A DNA stretch of 30,438 nucleotides from a candidate division WOR-3 bacterium (GTDB lineage: Bacteria; Hydrothermota; Tepidihabitantia; Tepidihabitantales; DTDR01). The first letter of the stretch is position 1. Each line of letters starts with the position of its first letter. Location of the stretch: contig JBDRVN010000016.1 of assembly GCA_039801885.1 (NCBI GenBank), positions 1 through 30,438 on the forward strand, given 5' to 3'. Shown piece after piece: positions 1-9,385 of the stretch. The translations under genes were made by a program, and so were the position numbers. Below the pieces are notes generated by a model. That model worked only from the letters and a program-made list of their open reading frames with translations, was not told the origin of the DNA and searched no databases.

Positions 1-945
1 ATGTTTAAAATTAAGTCCGTAACGAATAATTGCTGCTGGAAAGGTAATAATTGTTAAAATCAACATCAAAGGAAAAGAAAAATTAGCAGTTAAATGAAAA
101 AAAGATTCCAATTTTTGTTTAAAAGGAATTTTTGAATTTAATATTATGCCTAACATTTTTTTTGCTGTTTGAACACCTCCTTTTGCCCAACGATACTGTT
201 GGGCTTTAAAAGAATTAATCTCTATTGGCAATTCAGCATACACAACATAATTAGGTAAATAAATAAATTTCCATCCCAAAAGTTGGGCACGCAGGCTTAT
301 ATCTAAATCTTCAGCCAAAGTTGAACCATCCCAACCACCGGTTTGTAATAATGTTTTTTTTCGCCAAATACCCGCAGTGCCATTAAAATTAAAAAACGAA
401 TAATTCTTATTAATATGGCCCCATCGGGTTTGAACCATCCCAACTTTTTCGTCAGTAAAATAATGGATAGTTTTTAACAAAAAATCTCTCGGCACAATAA
501 AATCAGCATCAAAAACCGCAATAAAATCACCTTCGGCTTTCATTAAACCCCGTTGTAAAGCACCAGCTTTATAACCTTCACGATTATTACGATGAAAATA
601 TTTTATATTTATTCCTTTTTCTTGATATTTTTTTACTAATCTTTTCAAAATCTCCTGTGTTTCATCTGTGGAATCATCCAATACTTGAATTTCTAATTTA
701 TCTAAAGGATAATCAATCTGGCATACAGAATTAATTAGTCTTTCACAAACAAATTTCTCATTATAAATGGGTAGTTGGATTGTAACTTTTGGTAATTCTT
801 TAAAATAACTTTTTGGTTTTATTACCTTTTTCCTTCCTTTTAAATATAAAAAAATCAAAAAGTACCGATGAATACCATAAAGAGAAAGAATTGCTAAGAT
901 TACAAAATAAAGAATTAAAATTAATGTATCAAATAGATTTAACAT
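1..945 (-). CDS. Glycosyltransferase family 2, cellulose-synthase-like (CESA-like) membrane GT; runs off the left edge; missing from ORF track
   Basis: Manual translation from ATG at 945, open to position 1: MLNLFDTLILILYFVILAILSLYGIHRY...VTIQLPIYNE...QVLDDSTDET...GYKAGAL...VFDADF...VQTRWGH...FNGTAGIWR...TLAEDLD...QQYRWAKG (D, DxD, ED and QxxRW motifs of processive GT2s). Confidence 0.9.
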   Translation of the reverse strand, partial: MLNLFDTLILILYFVILAILSLYGIHRYFLIFLYLKGRKKVIKPKSYFKELPKVTIQLPIYNEKFVCERLINSVCQIDYPLDKLEIQVLDDSTDETQEILKRLVKKYQEKGINIKYFHRNNREGYKAGALQRGLMKAEGDFIAVFDADFIVPRDFLLKTIHYFTDEKVGMVQTRWGHINKNYSFFNFNGTAGIWRKKTLLQTGGWDGSTLAEDLDISLRAQLLGWKFIYLPNYVVYAELPIEINSFKAQQYRWAKGGVQTAKKMLGIILNSKIPFKQKLESFFHLTANFSFPLMLILTIITFPAAIIRYGLNFKH

Positions 946-954
946 TGGTTTTTA

Positions 955-982
955 ATTATAATAGAATTTTTTAAAAAATCAA
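955..982 (-). promoter_or_regulatory. Putative sigma70 promoter for the CESA-like GT2
   Basis: Minus strand TTGATT(982-977)-16 nt-TATAAT(960-955), 9 nt before the ATG; no SD. Confidence 0.5.
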
Positions 983-1641
983 GCCATCCGATAATATAAT
1001 AAAGTAAATAAGGCAATAATTCCATCTTTGGGTTTTATTTTTTTCCCAGCTTTTCGGGCTTGATAAGAAATTGGAACTTCAATTATCTTTATTTTTTTCT
1101 TTAACAATTTTGCTGTGATTTCCGGTTCAATTTCAAATCTTTTACTTTTTAGATTTAAAGAAAGTATCATTTTTCTTGGCAAAACTTTATAACAAGTTTC
1201 CATATCGCTTATTTTGCTACTGAAAAAGAGATTAGTAAAAAAATTGAGTATTATATTTGCCAATTTACTTAGAAAAAGAAATTTGCCATCTCCTTTAAAT
1301 CGGGAGCCGTAAACCGCAATATTTTCCCCATATTTTAAAAAGGGTTTTAATAATTTTAGGTAATCAAAAGGGTTATATTCTAAATCAGCATCTTGAATAA
1401 TAACAATATCACCAGTAGCTAATTTCAAACCAGCTCTAATTGCTGAACCTTTGCCTTGATTTTTATCAAAAAATATAGTTTTTATATCTTCAATATTTTT
1501 TAATATCTCTTTTGTCCGGTCGCTGGAACCATCGTCAACGACTATTATCTCTTTCTCAATCGGCACTTTCTTTATTTCAACAATAACTTTTTCGATTGTT
1601 TTTTCTTCATTGTAGACAGGAACAATTATTGAAACCTTCAT
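979..1641 (-). CDS. Glycosyltransferase family 2 (DPM1/polyprenol-phosphate sugar transferase-like)
   Basis: SIIVPVYNEE, VVDDGSSD, NQGKGSA, QDADLEY, GSRF, DMETCYK, FEIEPEIT motifs. Confidence 0.9.
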   Translation of the reverse strand: MKVSIIVPVYNEEKTIEKVIVEIKKVPIEKEIIVVDDGSSDRTKEILKNIEDIKTIFFDKNQGKGSAIRAGLKLATGDIVIIQDADLEYNPFDYLKLLKPFLKYGENIAVYGSRFKGDGKFLFLSKLANIILNFFTNLFFSSKISDMETCYKVLPRKMILSLNLKSKRFEIEPEITAKLLKKKIKIIEVPISYQARKAGKKIKPKDGIIALFTLLYYRMA

Positions 1642-2507
1642 AATACTTTTTCTATTTCATTAATAATTTTTGCAACCCCTTCTGAAGAAATAATCTCTTT
1701 TATATTTTTATTAATTAAAGAATTTAAAAAAAACCTCAATTCCCAATACAATGGTAATTTTTTATTAATTTTTTCAACAAACCTTTCTTCCCTATTTTCC
1801 AGGAATTTCAAAATTGCTAAATTATCATCAAAAATAATTTCCTTACCATCTGCCTTAGCAATTATTATCCTCTCTTTTTTCCTTTGGTTTTCTCCCCATC
1901 TCCCAGAAATCTCTATTTCTTTGCTAATAGAAAAATTGAAGTCAATAATCCTTTTTTTCACTTTCAAATCTATTTTATCAAATTCTTTATTAAATAAAAA
2001 CAAAATTAAACTAATTTCATGGGGACCAAAGTCATAAAGAATATCTCTTGGTTGATGATAAAGAAGAAAATTATTTGTTCGTATGATTTTTAATTGCCAA
2101 TTTTTATATTTACTTAAATATTTTTTAAACCGCCAAGTCAAAGGATGGTAAAGTAAAATATGCCCAGTAAAGAGATTAAGGTTTTTCTTTCTTGCCAAAT
2201 TGATTAATGAAAGGGCTTCTTTATAAGAAGTAGCTAAGGGCTTTTCAACAAAAAGATTAATATCGGATAATAAAAACTTATGAGCAATTTCGTAGTGCGT
2301 CTCATTAGGAGTAGCAATAATTACCCCATCCAATTTCATCCTTATTAAATCTTTATAATCATCGGTAACAATAATTTTTTCATCTAAATTTATATTCTTT
2401 TTATCACAAATAGCAAAAACCTCACAATCCGAAAAATTCTTTAAAACATAATAAATCTTTTTCCCCCAATTACCGAAACCAACAATACCGATTTTTAATT
2501 TATTCAT
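1638..2507 (-). CDS. Gfo/Idh/MocA family NAD(P)-dependent oxidoreductase
   Basis: N-terminal Rossmann GIVGFGNWG, IATPNETH, FVEKPLA, DFGPH. Confidence 0.85.
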   Translation of the reverse strand: MNKLKIGIVGFGNWGKKIYYVLKNFSDCEVFAICDKKNINLDEKIIVTDDYKDLIRMKLDGVIIATPNETHYEIAHKFLLSDINLFVEKPLATSYKEALSLINLARKKNLNLFTGHILLYHPLTWRFKKYLSKYKNWQLKIIRTNNFLLYHQPRDILYDFGPHEISLILFLFNKEFDKIDLKVKKRIIDFNFSISKEIEISGRWGENQRKKERIIIAKADGKEIIFDDNLAILKFLENREERFVEKINKKLPLYWELRFFLNSLINKNIKEIISSEGVAKIINEIEKVL

Positions 2508-3219
2508 TATAAGCAGGACAGATTTCTAAAAAATCACAGTACTCACAAAGACTACTCTTTTTAGGCAAATATTCTTTCTCTTTTAAAATTTCTAAGCCAA
2601 TATCAGCGATTATATTTAAATAATCTTCAACCTCTTTATCTTCGAAAGCATAAATAACTTTCTTCTGAGATAAAAGGTAATGATTAATTATTCTTATCAC
2701 TTTTTTGTGATAGTTTTTTTCTAAAAGAAACTTGTAAATCACCGCACTAATTTTATTTAACTCTTTATCTTCAGTAATTTTGCCTGTTTTATAATCAATA
2801 ATCACTGCCTCCTTTTCATTTGTTAAATCTGCCCGATCAATTCTTCCGTACAAAACAAAAGAGCGATAATATCCTTTTAACCCCTTTTCAATTAAAAAAG
2901 GTTTTATTTTTAATTCCTCTACTTTATAAAAATTTTTTAATATTCTTAGACCTTTTAAGCCCCATTTTTTTTCTTCTTCTAAGGAAGAATAACCTTTTCT
3001 TAACCAATTTTTTCGATAAATCTTTTCTAAATTTTCATAGGTTCTTTCCTCTAAAGAAATTTTAAAAAAATCCCTTAAGGTCCGATGTAAAGAATCACCA
3101 AAACTTAAATAGTTTCTATCTTTTTTATATTTTTTATATAATTTATCAATATAATGAAATTTATATCTTAATGGACATTGCTTAAAAATACTGATTTTAA
3201 AAGGACTTAAAATAATCAA
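2500..3219 (-). CDS. PD-(D/E)XK nuclease, RecB/AddB/Cas4-like, with four-Cys Fe-S staple
   Basis: LSPFKI..FKQCPLRY, G..LH, GRIDR, IIDYKTG, C-terminal CEYCDFLEICP; TTG start overlapping the upstream gene. Confidence 0.85.
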   Translation of the reverse strand: MIILSPFKISIFKQCPLRYKFHYIDKLYKKYKKDRNYLSFGDSLHRTLRDFFKISLEERTYENLEKIYRKNWLRKGYSSLEEEKKWGLKGLRILKNFYKVEELKIKPFLIEKGLKGYYRSFVLYGRIDRADLTNEKEAVIIDYKTGKITEDKELNKISAVIYKFLLEKNYHKKVIRIINHYLLSQKKVIYAFEDKEVEDYLNIIADIGLEILKEKEYLPKKSSLCEYCDFLEICPAYNE

Positions 3220-4144
3220 TGGTTTTTCTTAAACCTTCTTCCAAACTAATTTTTGGCTCCCATTTTAATATCTCTTTGGCTTTTCTTATATCCGGACATC
3301 GGCGATGGGGATCATCAGGATAAGGTGATAAATAGGTAATTTTTGAATTAGATGCGGTCAAAGAAATTATCTTCTTTGCCAAGTCAATAACTTTTATTTC
3401 GTTGGGATTTCCTAAATTTATTGGTTGGCAATAATTAGAATAAAAAAGTTTTACTAAACCATCAATCAAATCATCAATATAACAAAAGCTTCTTGTTTGA
3501 TTACCATCGCCATAAATTGTTACATCCTCACCTCTTAATGCCTGATTTATAAAATTAGGGATTACCCTACCATCGTCTACCCTCATTCTTGGACCATAGG
3601 TATTAAAAATCCGAGCAATTCTTACCGGAACATTATATTGCCGATAATACGCCATTGTTAAACTTTCGGCAAATCTTTTCCCTTCATCATATACCGAACG
3701 AAGTCCGCAAGGATTTACATATCCCCAATATTCTTCATATTGAGGTGAAACCTGAGGATCACCATACACCTCAGAAGTAGAAGCCAAAAAGAAAATTGCT
3801 TTTTTCTCTTTTGCCAATTCTAAAAGATTATAAGTAGCAAAAGCATTTGTTCTTAAAGTTAATAAAGGATAAGCAAAATAATCCTTGGGGCTCGCCGGTG
3901 AAGCAAAATGGAAAATTGCTGAAATATTTTTATCCTTCAAAAGATTTTTATCAATTTCGTTTACATCTTCTTTTATAAAGGTAAAATTAGATTCTTTTAA
4001 GAGATGAGAAATATTTTTTTCTTTTCCGGTAATTAAATTATCAATACAGATTATCTTATATCTTTCTTTAACGAAATATTCGCAAAGGTAAGAACCAATA
4101 AATCCTGCTCCACCGGTAATTACTAAAGTTTTATCTTTTTCCAA
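3197..4144 (-). CDS. uxs: UDP-glucuronate decarboxylase (UDP-xylose synthase), extended SDR
   Basis: GGAGFIGS, HFASPASP, ASTSEVYGDP, YDEGKR, RIFNTYGPRM, DGRVIPNF, QTRSFCY, DDPHRRCPDI. Confidence 0.9.
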   Translation of the reverse strand: MEKDKTLVITGGAGFIGSYLCEYFVKERYKIICIDNLITGKEKNISHLLKESNFTFIKEDVNEIDKNLLKDKNISAIFHFASPASPKDYFAYPLLTLRTNAFATYNLLELAKEKKAIFFLASTSEVYGDPQVSPQYEEYWGYVNPCGLRSVYDEGKRFAESLTMAYYRQYNVPVRIARIFNTYGPRMRVDDGRVIPNFINQALRGEDVTIYGDGNQTRSFCYIDDLIDGLVKLFYSNYCQPINLGNPNEIKVIDLAKKIISLTASNSKITYLSPYPDDPHRRCPDIRKAKEILKWEPKISLEEGLRKTIDYFKSF

Positions 4145-5423
4145 TTCCGTAATATTGAAATCCTAAATTAATAAGTCTTTCTTTATCTAAAAAATTACGA
4201 CCATCAAAAATAATTGGCTGACGCATCAGCATTTTTATCTTCCCAAAATCTAAATGGGCAAATTCTTCCCATTCAGTAATTAAGGCAAGACAATCAGCAT
4301 CTTTACAAACATCATAGGGATTATCACAATAGATAATATCTTTGATGATTTCTTTTGTCTTTTCAATTGCCTTTGGGTCATAAGCCTTAATTTTTGCTCC
4401 TTCTTTTTTTAATAAATTAATAATATCTAATGCTGGCGCAAACCTAATATCATCAGTATTGGGTTTAAAAGAAAGCCCTAAGATACCAATATTTTTATCT
4501 TTCAAATTCCACAAAATACTTTCAATTTTTTTCACAAAATATTCTTTTTGTTTTTCATTAATATTAGCCACTTCTTTTAAAAGCCGGAAGTCATAGCCCA
4601 ATTCTTCAGCAATTTTAATAAAGGCTGCTAAATCCTTAGGAAAACAGAAGCCACCGTAACCAACACCCGCTTTTAAAAAATGGGGACCAATTCTTTCATC
4701 AAGCCCCATACCTTTTGCTACCATCTCCACATCTGCACCGGATTTCTCACAAATTACTGAGATAGCATTAATAAAAGAGATTTTCATCGCCAAAAAAGCA
4801 TTAGAAGCATGTTTAATCAATTCGGCACTTGCTAAATCCGTTACTAAAATTGGTGCCTTTATCGGTTTATAAATATCTAATAAAATTTCTTCTGCCCTTT
4901 TATTTTCCACACCGATAACAATTCGATCCGGATTTAAAAAATCATCAACCGCACTTCCTTCTCTTAAAAATTCCGGATTTACTGCCACATCAAAATCAAC
5001 ACTCTTTTTATTAAAACGGGAAATGGTTGTTCTTATCCATTGAGCGGTTTTTACTGGCACGGTACTCTTTTCCACAATCAAACGATAGGAATCCATATGT
5101 TCACCAATTTGCGAGGCAACATTTTCCACATAAGATAAATCCGGCTCACCGGTCTCTTTTGGTGGAGTACCAACAGCAATAAAAAGAACTTTAGAGTTTT
5201 TCACACCATAGGCGATATCGGTTGTAAAAGAAATTAAACCTTTCTTCTTTACTTCCTCCACTATTTTATCAAGTTTTGGCTCATAAATAGGAATAATTCC
5301 TTGATTTAGTAAATCAATTTTTTTCTTGTCATTATCCACACAAATTACTTTATGACCAATATGAGCAAAACAAGCACCGGTTGTTAAGCCAACATAACCA
5401 GTACCAATTATCGTGATTTCCAT
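4131..5423 (-). CDS. ugd: UDP-glucose 6-dehydrogenase
   Basis: IGTGYVGL, IAVGTP, KSTVPV, NPEFLREG, GYGGFCFPKD (catalytic Cys), LGLSFKPNTDDIR, DGRN. Confidence 0.95.
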   Translation of the reverse strand: MEITIIGTGYVGLTTGACFAHIGHKVICVDNDKKKIDLLNQGIIPIYEPKLDKIVEEVKKKGLISFTTDIAYGVKNSKVLFIAVGTPPKETGEPDLSYVENVASQIGEHMDSYRLIVEKSTVPVKTAQWIRTTISRFNKKSVDFDVAVNPEFLREGSAVDDFLNPDRIVIGVENKRAEEILLDIYKPIKAPILVTDLASAELIKHASNAFLAMKISFINAISVICEKSGADVEMVAKGMGLDERIGPHFLKAGVGYGGFCFPKDLAAFIKIAEELGYDFRLLKEVANINEKQKEYFVKKIESILWNLKDKNIGILGLSFKPNTDDIRFAPALDIINLLKKEGAKIKAYDPKAIEKTKEIIKDIIYCDNPYDVCKDADCLALITEWEEFAHLDFGKIKMLMRQPIIFDGRNFLDKERLINLGFQYYGIGKR

Positions 5424-5430
5424 AAATAAA

Positions 5431-5458
5431 ATTATGCTTAAAAATATTAAAAAGTCAA
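5431..5458 (-). promoter_or_regulatory. Putative sigma70 promoter of the ugd operon (leaderless)
   Basis: Minus strand TTGACT(5458-5453)-16 nt-CATAAT(5436-5431), 7 nt before the ATG at 5423. Confidence 0.6.
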
Positions 5459-5471
5459 ATAATCATAATTA

Positions 5472-5523
5472 TTGACTTTAATTAAAAATTGCTTTATATT
5501 AATACTTAAATAAAAAAAGGAGG
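5472..5523 (+). promoter_or_regulatory. Putative sigma70 promoter and Shine-Dalgarno of the Kelch protein gene
   Basis: TTGACT(5472-5477)-17 nt-TATATT(5495-5500); AGGAGG at 5518-5523 before the ATG at 5529. Confidence 0.6.
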
Positions 5524-5528
5524 TAATA

Positions 5529-6854
5529 ATGGTAAAAAGAAATATTAAAGTTTTAATTGGCTTATTTTTATTTTCAATTATTTTCTCCCAAACTTGGCAA
5601 TATGGACCACAAACTGGTTTTCGCTTCTGGCGATTTGATGGCGAATATTTTCCAATAACAAGAAAGATTTATTTTCTTGGTGGTAGATTAGCCGATGGAA
5701 ATACTGACGGCACTATTTGGTGTTTTAATCCGGAATCCTTGACTTATTATCAAGTTGGCAGAAGTATTCTAATTCCTATCTCAAATTATACTATCTGTAT
5801 TCTTCGCGATACCACCCATTCTGATACTTATGGTTTATATATTGTTGGTGGTAGAAACCAGGCAGGAACATTTAGTCGAGCAGTTCAGGTTTATTATCCT
5901 TTAAGCAACACTGTTGCGATTATTGGAACTGATTCTTTCCCTGGACTTTTAAGTGGCCAATCTTATTTAACACCGGATGAGGCTGTTTATAATAACCGAC
6001 TTTATGTTCTTGGCGGTTTTAATTCTAATATCTCACCTTATACAACAAATCAGGTTTGGATGTATAATCCGGAAACTACACCCGGTGCCCGTTGGTCTCA
6101 ATTACCTTCTTTAGGATTAGCAAGGGTTTATATTAGCACCTGTGTTGTTAATGGTAAGTTATATGCCTTAGGCGGTTGTATTTATGATGGTATTAATTTA
6201 AGAGCTCAGAAATATTGTGAAGTATTATCCCTTTCTGCACCTGAATCTGGTTGGCAGAGAATTGCTGATTTACCGGATTCTTCCGGCGAAACAAGAGCCT
6301 TTGGTTTCGATTCAACTTCTCCTTTTCCTTTCCGAAATAAAATCATTATTGCTGGTAATGGGAAATGGCCAAATGAGACTCCCCAATGTTTTATCTATGA
6401 TATTGAAACAAATAGTTGGTCCACTTTTACTAACCTAAATTCTGCCCGAAGAAATCATGCCGGTGTATTAATTCCCGAACCCCTTGGCTCCCAAGGTACA
6501 CCAGGAATGTGGGTATTTGGTGGCAGACAAGGAGCCGATACTAATATTTTAAGAACCTGCGAATATTACCAGTTAGGGGTAGAGATCGCTGAACACCTCA
6601 TAAAAGAATATATTAAAAAATTCATTATCCAACCTAATCCAGCAAGAAACTATGCGAAATTAATCTATCCCAAAAATTTTGAGATAAAAGAATTAAAGAT
6701 TTATACGAAAGATGGTCGAATGGTTAAAAGCTTACCTGTTAAAAAAGAAACTCCCATCACCTTAGATTTAACTGACTTAAAATCAGGAGTTTACCAATTA
6801 CAAATTAAAACAAAAGAGATTAAATTTAATAAAGTAGTTAAAGTTTTAAGATAA
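5529..6854 (+). CDS. Secreted Kelch-repeat beta-propeller protein with T9SS type A-like CTD
   Basis: Signal peptide; repeated IY(F/V)LGG...Y.P....W Kelch units; C-terminal IQPNP...IY..DGR.VK...L.SGVY. Confidence 0.8.
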   Translation: MVKRNIKVLIGLFLFSIIFSQTWQYGPQTGFRFWRFDGEYFPITRKIYFLGGRLADGNTDGTIWCFNPESLTYYQVGRSILIPISNYTICILRDTTHSDTYGLYIVGGRNQAGTFSRAVQVYYPLSNTVAIIGTDSFPGLLSGQSYLTPDEAVYNNRLYVLGGFNSNISPYTTNQVWMYNPETTPGARWSQLPSLGLARVYISTCVVNGKLYALGGCIYDGINLRAQKYCEVLSLSAPESGWQRIADLPDSSGETRAFGFDSTSPFPFRNKIIIAGNGKWPNETPQCFIYDIETNSWSTFTNLNSARRNHAGVLIPEPLGSQGTPGMWVFGGRQGADTNILRTCEYYQLGVEIAEHLIKEYIKKFIIQPNPARNYAKLIYPKNFEIKELKIYTKDGRMVKSLPVKKETPITLDLTDLKSGVYQLQIKTKEIKFNKVVKVLR

Positions 6855-6884
6855 ATTAAAAATAATAAATTTTAAAAACTTCTA

Positions 6885-9383
6885 ATGCGAAAAATTCTAA
6901 TTATCTTTCTATTTTCTTCATTTATTTTTGGGAAAAATTTTGAAGAGTTTCTTATTGATAATACACTTATTTATGGTCCAGCACCGGATAATCAATCTTC
7001 ACCGGCAATTGCTTTTGATGGAACAAATTATTTTATTGTTTGGGCCGATAATCGAAGCGGCTCTTTAGATATTTTTGGTTCAAGAGTTTCTCAAAATGGG
7101 GTTATTTTAGATACCTCGGGAATTCCTATTTCCACTGCAATCTATGACCAATCTTCTCCTCAGATTGCTTTTGATGGCAACAATTATTTTGTTGTTTGGG
7201 AAGACCATCGGAAGAGCGTTTCTGATATTTATGGTGCCCGAGTAACTCCAGAAGGAAGGGTTTTGGACCAAGAAGGAATTTGTATTTCTCGTAATAATGG
7301 TTGGCAGACAAGACCGGTAATAACCTTTGGCGAGAATACTTATCTTGTCGTTTGGATAAGAAATTTTGACGAAATTTTTTGTGCCCGAGTGAATAGAAAC
7401 GGAGTTGTTTTAGATACCAATGGAATTCCTATTTCACCGTTATCGGAAGTACAAAGTGAACCAGCAGTTGTGTTTGGAGAAAACTTCTTCTTTGTTGTCT
7501 GGGTTGATCTTCGGGAAGATTGTCCACCAGTAAGAATTTATGGTGCTCGGATAGATCTATCAGGAACTGCTTTAGATACGATTGGCTTTCCAATATCAAC
7601 TCCTGACTATTATTTAAGTTCGCCTAAAGTTTCTTTTGATGGTGAAAATTATTTAGTTGTTTGGATAAAAGAAGAAGATCTTTATGGTGTAAGGGTGAAT
7701 AAAAATGGGCAGGTTTTAGATACTGCCGAAATTCCTATTTCAATAAATCCCAATAACCAAGCATCGCCAGCAGTTGCTTTTGATGGCACAAACTATTTAA
7801 CTACTTGGCAAGAGAACGGTCATATTTATGGCTCCCGAATAAGCCCTAACGGAATTGTAATTGATACTGCTGGTTTCATTATTTCAACCATCGCTAATTC
7901 CTCAAATCCATCATTAGTTTTTGATGGAAGAAATTATTTTGTAACTTGGCAAGATACTGCTGATATTTATGGTTCCCGAATAACACCCCAAGGAAATGTG
8001 ATCGATTCTAACGGTATTTGTCTTTCTCTTGGTGTAAATAAACAACTCTCGCCAACAGTTGCTTTTGATGGCACAAACTATTTAGTTGTCTGGCAAGATT
8101 ATCGTAAAGGGATCCCTAATATTTATGGTATCCGAATAGATGAAGAAGGAATTGCTTTGGATTCGGAAGTAATTGAGATTTCCACGGGTTTTAATGAAAA
8201 AAGTTTTCCTGCGGTTACCTTTGGTAGAACAAACTATTTAGTTGTCTGGCAAGAGAAAAGAAATAACTCTTGCGATATTTACGGAACAAGAATTAATCAA
8301 GAAGGTGTGGTTTTAGACCCCGAAGGTATCCCTATTTCTTCAGCACCTCATTGGCAACAATTACCTGCAGTCTCTTTTGATGGCAACAATTTTTTTGTTG
8401 TCTGGCAAGATTATCGAAATTCCCATCCCACAAATTTTAGCGATATCTACGGAGCAAGAGTGAGCCAAAATGGTATTATTCTGGATACTAACGGAATTGT
8501 TATTTCACCCTGGGCGCTATCACAATATTCTCCTTCCCTTGTTTTTGACGGTACAATCTATTTAGTTGTCTGGGAACAACGACGTTATGCTTCTTATGAA
8601 TGCGATATTTGTGGTACCCGAGTATCCCGTTCAGGCAATATTCTTGAACCAAATAGTTTTCCAATCTCTACAATCGGTAATTATCAAAATAAACCTGCGG
8701 TCTCTTTTGACGGTAATAATTTTTTAGTTGTTTGGCAAGATGGTCGCAATGGTTCAACCGATATTTATGGAGCAAGAGTAAGCCGAAGTGTCCAGGTTCT
8801 TGATTCTTGTGGAATACCTATTTCTTGTAATGAAAACTCTTTATATTATCCTTCCCTTACCTTTGATGGCACAGACTATTTAGTTGTCTGGGAAGAACAT
8901 CGACTTTCTACTAACGAATCTGACATCTATGGTGCCAGAATCAACTCCCAAGGTGTAGTAATTGATTCTTTTCCAATCTCTCTCCAATCGGGAAATCAAC
9001 TTTCACCAAAATTAACAAAGGGAAATAATAACCAAATACTCATTGTCTATGCTGGTTGGATTGATTCTATCAATCACAAACCAGTATTTACTTATCGGAT
9101 TTTGGGAAAATTCTATCAATTTACCAACATAAAAGAAAATAAAAATCTAATTATTTTATCTCCTCCACCATTTAAAATCTATCCTAATCCCGCTAATTCC
9201 TATTTTAATATCTTTTTGCCAGAAAATGTTGATTTTTTAAAAATTTACAATATTTCAGGAAGATTGATTAAGAATATAAAAATATCTAATAAAAGAAACT
9301 CTATTCCTCTTTTTGATATTAAAACTGGTATCTATTTTGTTAGAGTTGGTAATTTACAAGGGAAATTAATAATAAGAAAATAA
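6885..9383 (+). CDS. Secreted tandem-repeat (probable double beta-propeller) protein with T9SS type A-like CTD
   Basis: Signal peptide; 13 full plus 1 degenerate ~50-aa repeats (Q..P.VAFDGTNYLVVWQD.R...DIYGARV...G.VLD..GIPIS); C-terminal IYPNP...IYNISGRLIK...GIYFV. Confidence 0.8.
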   Translation: MRKILIIFLFSSFIFGKNFEEFLIDNTLIYGPAPDNQSSPAIAFDGTNYFIVWADNRSGSLDIFGSRVSQNGVILDTSGIPISTAIYDQSSPQIAFDGNNYFVVWEDHRKSVSDIYGARVTPEGRVLDQEGICISRNNGWQTRPVITFGENTYLVVWIRNFDEIFCARVNRNGVVLDTNGIPISPLSEVQSEPAVVFGENFFFVVWVDLREDCPPVRIYGARIDLSGTALDTIGFPISTPDYYLSSPKVSFDGENYLVVWIKEEDLYGVRVNKNGQVLDTAEIPISINPNNQASPAVAFDGTNYLTTWQENGHIYGSRISPNGIVIDTAGFIISTIANSSNPSLVFDGRNYFVTWQDTADIYGSRITPQGNVIDSNGICLSLGVNKQLSPTVAFDGTNYLVVWQDYRKGIPNIYGIRIDEEGIALDSEVIEISTGFNEKSFPAVTFGRTNYLVVWQEKRNNSCDIYGTRINQEGVVLDPEGIPISSAPHWQQLPAVSFDGNNFFVVWQDYRNSHPTNFSDIYGARVSQNGIILDTNGIVISPWALSQYSPSLVFDGTIYLVVWEQRRYASYECDICGTRVSRSGNILEPNSFPISTIGNYQNKPAVSFDGNNFLVVWQDGRNGSTDIYGARVSRSVQVLDSCGIPISCNENSLYYPSLTFDGTDYLVVWEEHRLSTNESDIYGARINSQGVVIDSFPISLQSGNQLSPKLTKGNNNQILIVYAGWIDSINHKPVFTYRILGKFYQFTNIKENKNLIILSPPPFKIYPNPANSYFNIFLPENVDFLKIYNISGRLIKNIKISNKRNSIPLFDIKTGIYFVRVGNLQGKLIIRK

Positions 9384-9385
9384 AA

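Noticed and set aside
2500-3219. CRISPR-Cas locus suggested by the Cas4-like gene
   Set aside because: No repeat-spacer array and no other cas genes in the window.
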